Of a stretch of 64,000 nt of DNA, positions 7,218-14,790 are shown piece after piece. The stretch lies in contig CBFIIP010000090.1 of the NCBI GenBank assembly GCA_965662705.1, positions 9,163 to 73,162 on the forward strand, given 5' to 3'. The notes under the pieces were generated by a model, which was given only the letters and a program-made list of their open reading frames with translations, ran no database searches and was not told the origin of the DNA. The position numbers and the translations under genes are program-made. Origin of the DNA: Flavobacteriaceae bacterium. GTDB lineage: Bacteria > Bacteroidota > Bacteroidia > Flavobacteriales > Flavobacteriaceae. The stretch's first letter is position 1. Each line of letters starts with the position of its first letter.

Positions 7218-9584
7218 ATGTTGAAAAACACCACCCTATTTTGTTTACTTTGGAATATAACCTACTTCTTTGCCCAGCAAAACACCTATGAAACTAGTGG
7301 AGTTGTTGTCGATGAATCGTCTCGACAGCCCATTCCATTTGCCACGGTTGTCGTAGGTGAAAATTCCACGCAAGTACCCATCACAGGGGTCACTACCACT
7401 GACGATGGCTCTTTTTTTGTCATTTCTCCCTCTCAAGAAGTTTATATAGAGATCAGTTTTATTGGCTACGATACTTTTCGTAAGGACAACATTACTTTAA
7501 ATAATCAGGCGATAGATTTGGGTTTGATTTTGCTTAATGAAAAGTCTCAAATGTTGAATGAAGTGGAGGTGAGAGGAGAAAAATCCACAACAGAGTTTAA
7601 GTTAGACAAGAGGGTATTTAATGTGGGGAAAGATCTGAGCAGTGCTGGCGCCAGTGCTTTGGAGGTTCTGGACAATGTACCCTCCGTAACAGTAAGCATT
7701 GAGGGACAAGTGAGTTTGAGAGGCAACTCGGGGGTGCAAGTACTAATCAATGGCAAACCTTCTGTTTTGGCCAGTGAGGGAGGAAACGCTTTGGGTTCTA
7801 TCACCGCTGAGATGATCGAGCGGGTGGAGGTGATCACCAATCCATCGGCCAAATATGAAGCTGAGGGAACCGCAGGAATTATTAATATCGTCATCAAAAA
7901 AGACGAAAGGAAAGGAATAAATGGCTCTTTTACATTGAATTATGGCCAACCCGAAAACAACAGCGCAGGATTTAGCCTCAATCGACGGACCGAAAAGTTT
8001 AATTTGTTTACTCAGATAGGCTACGGCCTTAGAAATTATCCAAGAAAGGGCAAAAACAAAAACGATAATTTTTTGACTAACACCCAAGTTTTGACTGAAG
8101 GAACACAATCCATAAAAGAGGAGTTTATCAATTTTATTCTGGGGACAGATTATTATATCGACCCTCAAAATGTGATTACCCTTTCGGGTTTTTACGCTTT
8201 TGAGGCTGAGGATCAACCCTCCGACACCCATGTAAGGGTGTATCGGAACAACACGGAACTCACATCCGAGTGGAACAGAGAGGAAGTGACGACTGCCGGT
8301 AATCCCAAATACCAGTATGAGTTGATTTACAAAAGAGACTTTTTGGATCATGAGGATCACGACCTGATTTTTAGTGCCACAGGCAACCTTTTTAGTAAAG
8401 AGCAGGAGTCTGAATTTTTCAACACCGCTGTGAGTGGCTCAAGTCCATTTGAGGATCAAAAAAGTCGGACTTATTTTAAGGAGGAAGTTCATACTTTCAA
8501 ATTGGATTATACCCGTCCTTTTGGTAAGGTTTGGAAGGCAGAAGGCGGTTTTCAATACTCCAACAACGATGTGAGCAATGACTTTGAAGTCAAGGATGAA
8601 ATGGCGGGAGTATGGGTAGTCAATACCGGATTGACCAATGTATTTGAATTCACCCAAGCGGTTTTGGGGGTTTATGGTATGATGGCTTATGAGTATGACG
8701 CTTGGGGAGTACAGTTGGGACTTAGAACAGAAAATACCAGGGTCAATACCGTTTTGGTGAATACCAATGAAAAGAATGACCAGAACTATACCGATCTATT
8801 CCCTTCACTAAACACTTCGTATAAATTCACCCCCACTTTTTCTATTCAAGCAGGATATTCGCGAAGAATCTATCGGCCCCGCTTGTGGAGTCTAAACCCA
8901 TTTTTCAATATCAGGAACAGCTATAATTACAGAAAAGGAAATCCGGATTTACAGGCAGAATATTCCGATTCCTACGAGCTGTCGGCCATTTTTGTCAAGG
9001 GCGTTACTTCCTTCAATATGAGTTTGTACCAACTCTTTACTACCAATACCATAGAGTCTGTTACTACTTTTCAAGACAACATCAGTGTGAGTGCCCCCGA
9101 AAATCTGGGAACCAAACGGGTCAATGGTTTAGAGGTCAATACAAAAATTAACGCAAGCCAAAAGATAGTGATCAATGGAGATTTCAATTACAATGGCTTC
9201 GACCGAAAAGCGACATGGCAAGAACGGTCCTTCGACTTTAAAGGCAGCCGTTGGTCTTCCGAAATCACATCAAAATTTAAGCTTCCAAAAGAGCAGGATA
9301 TTGAAGTCAGTTGGAATTATCAATCTCGTTTCAAAACCATTGATGGAGAAACTTTAGCCAGTGAGTTTCTCAATATAGGAGTCCGAAAAAAGCTATTCAA
9401 TGGGAAAGGGGTGATTAGTTTTAACATACGGGATATTTTTGCTACGAGGAACCGAGAGAATCGAACGATAAGGGATGATTTTAATGTCTGGACTCGTACG
9501 GTTTATGGGCGGTTTTGGGCAGTCGGCTTCAGCTATGGTTTTGGCAAAGGGGAGGCCATGCAGTTCAGCGGAAGGAGAATGTAG
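7218..9584 (+). CDS. outer-membrane beta-barrel protein, TonB-dependent-receptor-like with CarboxypepD_reg N-domain
   Basis: Signal peptide. Carboxypeptidase-regulatory-like segment (SGVVVDESSRQPIPFATVVV...ISFIGYD). Plug-like segment (VPSVTVSIEGQVSLRGNSGVQVLINGKP). Long beta-strand-rich C-terminus. Confidence 0.8.
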   Translation: MLKNTTLFCLLWNITYFFAQQNTYETSGVVVDESSRQPIPFATVVVGENSTQVPITGVTTTDDGSFFVISPSQEVYIEISFIGYDTFRKDNITLNNQAIDLGLILLNEKSQMLNEVEVRGEKSTTEFKLDKRVFNVGKDLSSAGASALEVLDNVPSVTVSIEGQVSLRGNSGVQVLINGKPSVLASEGGNALGSITAEMIERVEVITNPSAKYEAEGTAGIINIVIKKDERKGINGSFTLNYGQPENNSAGFSLNRRTEKFNLFTQIGYGLRNYPRKGKNKNDNFLTNTQVLTEGTQSIKEEFINFILGTDYYIDPQNVITLSGFYAFEAEDQPSDTHVRVYRNNTELTSEWNREEVTTAGNPKYQYELIYKRDFLDHEDHDLIFSATGNLFSKEQESEFFNTAVSGSSPFEDQKSRTYFKEEVHTFKLDYTRPFGKVWKAEGGFQYSNNDVSNDFEVKDEMAGVWVVNTGLTNVFEFTQAVLGVYGMMAYEYDAWGVQLGLRTENTRVNTVLVNTNEKNDQNYTDLFPSLNTSYKFTPTFSIQAGYSRRIYRPRLWSLNPFFNIRNSYNYRKGNPDLQAEYSDSYELSAIFVKGVTSFNMSLYQLFTTNTIESVTTFQDNISVSAPENLGTKRVNGLEVNTKINASQKIVINGDFNYNGFDRKATWQERSFDFKGSRWSSEITSKFKLPKEQDIEVSWNYQSRFKTIDGETLASEFLNIGVRKKLFNGKGVISFNIRDIFATRNRENRTIRDDFNVWTRTVYGRFWAVGFSYGFGKGEAMQFSGRRM

Positions 9585-9640
9585 TATCTTTTCAGGGTTT
9601 AAATCTTTTTAGTAAATTGAAAAACATAAATTAATATACA

Positions 9641-10045
9641 ATGAAAATCAAAACCATTTTTAGAATTTGCGCTGCCCTAATTTTTATTCAAGGGCTCCCC
9701 TTGTTTTTATCTCTTTTTTCACCGGAATTTAAAATGATGCTCATCGCGGATGCCTTTGGAGCCGATCCATCTGCTGATGCGGTGGTTATGTTCGAGTCTT
9801 TTGCTTTGGTTGTGGGACTTATGGTGTTGGGGATTATTTTTGTAATCTTCGGAGCTACCTCATTTACAGATTTGGAAACCTTAAAAAGAGTTTCCTTTTT
9901 GTTATTTGTGTTGGCAGGCTTTTTTTCCCTACCGGATCTCATCGGTTTTATCAAAGGAGATCCAACGGCTCCCCTTCCCGTGATTATTTTAGGATTGCTC
10001 ACCATGGGACTTTTCTATTATGGATCTAAAAAGGGAACTGTTTAA
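9641..10045 (+). CDS. small integral membrane protein (about 4 TM), unknown function
   Basis: 134-aa ORF with four hydrophobic stretches. It sits 56 nt after the barrel gene and 30 nt before the AhpD-like gene. I recognise no motif. Confidence 0.5.
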   Translation: MKIKTIFRICAALIFIQGLPLFLSLFSPEFKMMLIADAFGADPSADAVVMFESFALVVGLMVLGIIFVIFGATSFTDLETLKRVSFLLFVLAGFFSLPDLIGFIKGDPTAPLPVIILGLLTMGLFYYGSKKGTV

Positions 10046-10075
10046 CTTTATTACTAACCAAAAATCAATTTTACA

Positions 10076-10486
10076 ATGAAAAAAATCACATTACTGTTTT
10101 TATTAGGTACCGCATTGGGATTCAGTCAAACATCTGATGAGGAATATAATGCCTTATTAGAGAAAAGTCCTTTTAACGAAATGTACCCTAAGGCCGTTGC
10201 TGCAGATGCGGCAGCCTATTTTGGGGAGTGGAACAAAATTTTCACTGCGGGGCCTATTGCCACTAAGGAAGCGAGATTGGTTGCCATTTCAGCTTCTGCT
10301 GCCATGAAATGTGAGTACTGTATTTCCGCTCAGATTCATTTGGCCAAAGCGGCTGGTGCCACAGATGACGAGATCAAAGCAGCCATTTTTATCGCTGCTG
10401 AGGTCGCTCGCTTTTCAACTTTACTCTATGGAAATGAGTTTGGAATGGACCGACTTAAAGGTATTTTGGGTATAGAGAAAGAGTAA
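10076..10486 (+). CDS. secreted carboxymuconolactone decarboxylase (AhpD-like) family protein
   Basis: Signal peptide MKKITLLFLLGTALGFSQ. CMD/AhpD-type CxxC motif in AAMKCEYCISAQIHLAKAAG. Confidence 0.7.
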   Translation: MKKITLLFLLGTALGFSQTSDEEYNALLEKSPFNEMYPKAVAADAAAYFGEWNKIFTAGPIATKEARLVAISASAAMKCEYCISAQIHLAKAAGATDDEIKAAIFIAAEVARFSTLLYGNEFGMDRLKGILGIEKE

Positions 10487-10516
10487 ATTCTCTTTTTTCC
10501 GTATAAACCAAATAAA

Positions 10517-10546
10517 AGACCCTTACTTCGGTGGGGGGTTTTTTAT
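10517..10546. terminator. rho-independent terminator, bidirectional
   Basis: CCCTTAC-TTCG-GTGGGGG forms a 7-bp stem (two G-U pairs) with a TTCG tetraloop, followed by TTTTTTATT. On the other strand the stem is followed by TCTTTTATTT. It lies between convergent genes ending at 10486 and 10552. Confidence 0.7.
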
Positions 10547-10551
10547 TGGCT

Positions 10552-10902
10552 CTAACACCAAACTTGAACCAATTCAAATGATAAATAAGCATTGAGCAGA
10601 CCATAAAAAATAGCAGGAAGGGTCTGCAGCAAAGGATCTTTAATTTTGATTCGAATGATGAATCCAAACAACATTAAGAGGGAAAGCCCCAAGGTACTCG
10701 CTAAAAGAAGATAGGTTTCCCAAAACCCAATCACAATTCCCAAGCCCCCCAAGATTTGCAGCAGGCCCGTAAACTCTCTGTATTGTGGAATTCCATAACG
10801 AATGAACTCCTCTTTCATCTTTGGATTGATAAAACAGCCAATGCCGTAAAAGAGGAATGAAACAGCAGAAAATAGAAAGAGTAAATCAAGAACCATAAAC
10901 AT
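10552..10902 (-). CDS. DoxX-like family membrane protein
   Basis: 116-aa, 4-TM protein with a DoxX-like layout (FLFYGIGCF...EFIRYGIP...GLLQILGGLGIVIGF). Confidence 0.6.
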   Translation of the reverse strand: MFMVLDLLFLFSAVSFLFYGIGCFINPKMKEEFIRYGIPQYREFTGLLQILGGLGIVIGFWETYLLLASTLGLSLLMLFGFIIRIKIKDPLLQTLPAIFYGLLNAYLSFELVQVWC

Positions 10903-11029
10903 CTCAGTTTTTTATCCTACCTCCTTATGATCCAATTTGGATGGGTGTGTAATAGGTATTTGTATTCTAACCCGAGAGGCACAAATCAAGTAATAATTGC
11001 AGGTAAAATACGAACTTAATTTTTTACAC

Positions 11030-11419
11030 CTATGACTTCTTAGCCCATAAAAGAGAAGGGTAGAAAACCAAGATCAAACAAGACAATAACATCAAAGCCG
11101 AGGGTAGGGTAGGAACCACTCCATCCCCTATACTGATGTGAAAATATACTGCTCCAATCATAAACAGTGCCATGCCGGCAGCAGCAGGTCTAATCAATTT
11201 GGAGAATTTAATTCCTCCGATCAAAAGCAAAAGGGCCAAGGATATTTTAAAAGCACCTACAATCATCATCACTGTATCATTGAGACCGTAGGCAGCAAAT
11301 TCCTCGGACATGTTGGTAGCTGTACCTCCTCTAAAGATAGAGGGACGGTTCAGCTGGTAGGTCCAAGCACTTAAAACCACAATGGAGATTAAAAAAGATA
11401 AATATTTTGTCAGTTTCAT
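11030..11419 (-). CDS. DoxX family membrane protein
   Basis: Hydrophobic protein with DoxX-like segments (EFAAYGL...VGAFKISLALLLLIGG...GAVYFHI). Start trimmed from 11449 to the ATG at 11419 (MKLTKYLSF...). Confidence 0.6.
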   Translation of the reverse strand: MKLTKYLSFLISIVVLSAWTYQLNRPSIFRGGTATNMSEEFAAYGLNDTVMMIVGAFKISLALLLLIGGIKFSKLIRPAAAGMALFMIGAVYFHISIGDGVVPTLPSALMLLSCLILVFYPSLLWAKKS

Positions 11420-11637
11420 TGTATTATCAACTTCAATAAAGTTATACATAAAAATTGAATTGTACTTAATTGCTTAACAAAACAGACCATCATTGACAAA
11501 ATAACCTATAACAAACGGCTTTCAAATACAGACGTATATTTTATTCACCAGTTAAGAAACTGAAAATACTTTGGAGTGACTCAAAAAGTTACCCACCAAT
11601 TGAAGGATAAAATCAATATGCATTTAATTATTAATAA

Positions 11638-11653
11638 GTCACTCTCGAGTGAC
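11638..11653. promoter_or_regulatory. near-perfect 16-bp palindrome GTCACTC-TC-GAGTGAC (possible operator)
   Basis: The 7-bp arms are exactly complementary. A third copy of the half-site (GAGTGACT) is at 11574..11581. Confidence 0.3.
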
Positions 11654-11835
11654 GCTTTTAATCAGACTTTTGGCATTCAATTTTTTTTGTGGATTCGAAA
11701 AAGTAAGATTCTTATTTTTTCCATTTTCATTCTTCAACTAAAGTAATGCTGGCAATAACTCAGGTTAAGGTCAGTGAGCCAATTGGCAATCCATAGTCAG
11801 AAAAAATTGGTTCGAGTAACTATATAAACAGCTAA

Positions 11836-12027
11836 TCACTTTTTTTTAAACCAATTTTCTGGATTAAATGTTCTCGAAGGAAAAGAATGGGCTTGAAGAA
11901 TAAAACCTACACCCCACAAAGCAATTACAATTGATGCAGCTTTTGAATCTTCCCAATCTGATACAAATAAAAGATAAAATGACAATAGATAACAAATACA
12001 GGAACAAATATTTAAAAATAACCGCAT
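11836..12027 (-). CDS. hypothetical small membrane protein (63 aa)
   Basis: ORF track only. Two hydrophobic stretches, no recognisable motif, located in an AT-rich gap. May not be expressed. Confidence 0.2.
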   Translation of the reverse strand: MRLFLNICSCICYLLSFYLLFVSDWEDSKAASIVIALWGVGFILQAHSFPSRTFNPENWFKKK

Positions 12028-12188
12028 ACCTAAAGATAAAGAATTTTAAAATATTATAACAATCAGTAATGGCCGTAAATCATCAGAAATTTTGGTGATG
12101 ATAGTAAAGTTGATGGAATATTTAATTTTAATTTATACTATTTCGGTTGTTAATCAATATATTGGTATATAATTATAAATTTATTCAA

Positions 12189-12695
12189 ATGAAAAAAACA
12201 GTTTTAATAACCCTCTTAGTGGCATTAACTTTGTCATGCAACCAAGTCGTTGAAAAACCAACTTCAAACCTCACGGCTGAGTATTCAAAAAACTTAAAGA
12301 CAGCTCAGACTTTCTTGGGACTTTTCTCTACAGAGGATTTGGAGGCACAAAAACCTTTAATTTGCCCGGGCGTAACACATTATCCACCTTTTTATGGTTC
12401 ACAACCCGGTAAATATGACGCTTTTATAGCTGCAGGCAAAGGATGGATGGATGCTTTTGATGAAATCACATACAAAGCAGAAGCTTGGCTGCCCGGAACT
12501 GATTCTTCGGGAATGGCCAATGGAAGCGTAATAACCTATGGTGTTTGGACCGCAAAAAATCCAATGAATGGCAATGTAATAACAACGAATGCTCATCATT
12601 CTTTTGTATTTAACGAAAAAGGCCAAATACACGAAGTCAGAGATTATTTTGATGCTTCAGGGGCGATGGCTGCAGCAATGAAAGAAGCCGAATAA
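12189..12695 (+). CDS. lipoprotein, unknown function (possibly NTF2/SnoaL-like)
   Basis: Start moved to the ATG at 12189 (MKKTVLITLLVALTLSC, lipobox LSC). 168-aa soluble domain. The fold assignment is a guess from size and composition. Confidence 0.55.
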   Translation: MKKTVLITLLVALTLSCNQVVEKPTSNLTAEYSKNLKTAQTFLGLFSTEDLEAQKPLICPGVTHYPPFYGSQPGKYDAFIAAGKGWMDAFDEITYKAEAWLPGTDSSGMANGSVITYGVWTAKNPMNGNVITTNAHHSFVFNEKGQIHEVRDYFDASGAMAAAMKEAE

Positions 12696-12711
12696 ATGAA
12701 TTATTAATTAT

Positions 12712-12745
12712 AAAAAAACCCTCCAAAGTGGAGGGTATTTTATTT
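12712..12745. terminator. rho-independent terminator, bidirectional (stronger on the minus strand)
   Basis: A7 - CCCTCC-AAAGT-GGAGGG - TATTTTATTT. The perfect 6-bp GC stem is followed by U7 for a leftward transcript and by an interrupted U-run for the rightward lipoprotein transcript. Confidence 0.75.
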
Positions 12746-13318
12746 CCGCTAAGGCAGCTCCCTTTGGTAAGCCTAATCACCAATTATAATCTATTATATG
12801 ATCCCTTAAGTTTTTACACTTAGACACTCGTTTTCACATAGTTTGATTCATTAGTTGCTTAACACAATTAGGCTTTTTAAATTTCACAATAGGTAAAAAC
12901 ACTCAAAAAATTTTGTGCTATCCATAGCCTATAGATCTCAAAATCAAGACTTGTAGGAAGTACTTGTTAAGATGTCGAATCTCTCCGTTATTGATTCTAA
13001 ACTTGATTAACTTAGGAAGTTAAATCATGTAAAGAATAACAGTAAAAAAAGGGGAGATGTTACAACTTATTTCTTTCTCAATAGCATTTACCCCCCCGAT
13101 CAAACAAATTATGAAACAGTACAAACTTATTTTATTACCAAAAAAAAATTATTGATTAAATATTAAGATAAGGTGAATGTTAGGTAAACGACGGCATTTA
13201 GAATTTAAAAATACTGTTTTAGGGGATGCTTTTTATACAATGATATGCCGCTAACAAGCCACTATTGAGACGCTCGTCTGCTGAAATATGTAGCCTAGCT
13301 ACCATCCTTGAATAAGGC

Positions 13319-14533
13319 TTACAATCGATGATTGACAATATTATTGAAAATAGAGCCAAAGGTATAACTTAAACCTAGGGATAACCGATTTTGAAAATTG
13401 GTTGAGATTTGTCTCTGTCTAAGAAGTAAGTCTTCTATTGAGGCCTCCCCTTTTGGCAGATTGATCTGATCGCGGATGAGCTGAAAGTTTCCTGATATTC
13501 TTAACGATAGTCCTCGGATTAGTCTAAGGTTGATGTTGTTGTTTAAAGTAAGTTTGTTTTGGTCAGGTTGATTTAAAAACTGAGAAGCCACCAAGTAGGA
13601 ATAGATACTCCCCCATTTTTCTCTGTATCTCAAATTGAGGGTGAGAGACTGATTAAACAGTTCCTGTTTCAAAAACCCAAATATTGTTTCTTCAATATAA
13701 TCATATGAATTGAAACCGATCTTGTAGGCCAAAGTGATCTCTTTGGTTAACACTTCAGAGTAGGGAAAAAAATTATACTCCAATGCCGGGGAGAAGTTAA
13801 AAAAAGAGTTATAATTTCGGAAGGTATCATTGAGGTAGTAGCCAAAAATACCAGTAGAAAAATGATTCGAAAGACTCTTGACGATACTCCCAGATATAAA
13901 AGTTCTTTTTCGTTCGCTGCTGAAATTTTCCTCTTCTCCGGAAAAAAACTTAACCGATCGTCGCACTCTAAAGTCCGATCTTATCCGCCACAGTTCAGTC
14001 ACACGATCCACCTCAAAGCCCAGATCGTATTCCTCTTCTTTGATGCTCTTTTCATTTTCAAAATTCAATGAGCCGGTTACCTCAAAAACCCAATTTTTCC
14101 ATCGATCGGTAGTCAAATCCTCCAAAGGGCTTTCTTGGTCTTTGAAATGCACCTCCAATTGACTTTGAAAAGGGGTATTTTGCAAAAAATAAACCATACC
14201 CATCTGGAAGGTTTTTAGCAGTTGTTCACGAGTTTCGATTAAAGAGGTGTTGCTCGGGATTTCGGTACTGACTTCATTTTCTATGCCCGTGAAATCATTT
14301 TTACCCTTGTATTCAAAGCCGTAATTTCTCCCGCCTCCTGCATTGTTAATTTCAAAAACAAAAACTTCAATGTCTGCTAGGGTTCTATCCCTTACGTAGT
14401 CAAAAATTAAAGTGCTTTGTTTGATAAAATCCCCATCGCAAGGGCAGCTGAGAAAAACTTTGATCTTATCATACTGACCAAAAGATCTTAAACAGGCAAA
14501 TATTACAAATAGTTTTAAAAATATAAACTTCAT
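13319..14533 (-). CDS. hypothetical secreted/outer-membrane protein
   Basis: Signal peptide (MKFIFLKLFVIFACLRSFGQ). N-terminal CPCDGD segment. The C-terminal two-thirds are rich in alternating aromatic/polar beta-strand-like repeats. I cannot name a family. Confidence 0.6.
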   Translation of the reverse strand: MKFIFLKLFVIFACLRSFGQYDKIKVFLSCPCDGDFIKQSTLIFDYVRDRTLADIEVFVFEINNAGGGRNYGFEYKGKNDFTGIENEVSTEIPSNTSLIETREQLLKTFQMGMVYFLQNTPFQSQLEVHFKDQESPLEDLTTDRWKNWVFEVTGSLNFENEKSIKEEEYDLGFEVDRVTELWRIRSDFRVRRSVKFFSGEEENFSSERKRTFISGSIVKSLSNHFSTGIFGYYLNDTFRNYNSFFNFSPALEYNFFPYSEVLTKEITLAYKIGFNSYDYIEETIFGFLKQELFNQSLTLNLRYREKWGSIYSYLVASQFLNQPDQNKLTLNNNINLRLIRGLSLRISGNFQLIRDQINLPKGEASIEDLLLRQRQISTNFQNRLSLGLSYTFGSIFNNIVNHRL

Positions 14534-14758
14534 AATCGTCGTACAAAGCTAATGAAAACCATACCATATTTTTTTACAATTATAAAAGAAATAAAGCCAT
14601 TGCATTGAATCGAGCATAAATCTAAATTCTTTATTGCTTTTTGACTTTTGATCTCCAAGGGATTTTTGGTAAGCAATCGGGATAGTAGAAATAACCAAGA
14701 CCTTTGACATTTCAATCCTCAATATGTTTATGAAACAGCTTTTAACTCCAGATTTTAG

Positions 14759-14766
14759 TAATTTTG
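14759..14766 (+). promoter_or_regulatory. candidate -7 promoter box (TAATTTTG)
   Basis: Exact TAnnTTTG match, 24 nt upstream of the TTG start at 14791. Confidence 0.4.
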
Positions 14767-14790
14767 CTAAACATTTAAACCATCTTCAAA

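Noticed and set aside
7743-8360. Long antisense ORFs inside well-supported genes. Examples are 7743..8360, 19832..20260, 34266..34691, 36553..36933, 49600..50055, 58367..58747 and 62602..63015.
   Set aside because: Each lies wholly within a gene with clear family motifs on the other strand. Their translations are low-complexity or motif-free, and they are best explained as chance frames.
11688-11700. GGATTCGAA (reverse complement TTCGAATCC) resembles a tRNA T-loop.
   Set aside because: The flanking 5-nt segments are not complementary (no T-stem) and no acceptor or anticodon arms can be drawn.
11618-11746. 42-codon ORF (MHLIINKSLSSDAFNQTFGIQFFLWIRKSKILIFSIFILQLK) covering the GTCACTC palindrome.
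   Set aside because: Low-complexity AT-rich translation with no start context evidence. The palindrome is the more likely functional feature.
14530-14715. 61-aa ORF in the divergent promoter region between 14533 and 14791.
   Set aside because: It occupies the shared promoter region and has no motif or signal, so it is probably non-coding.
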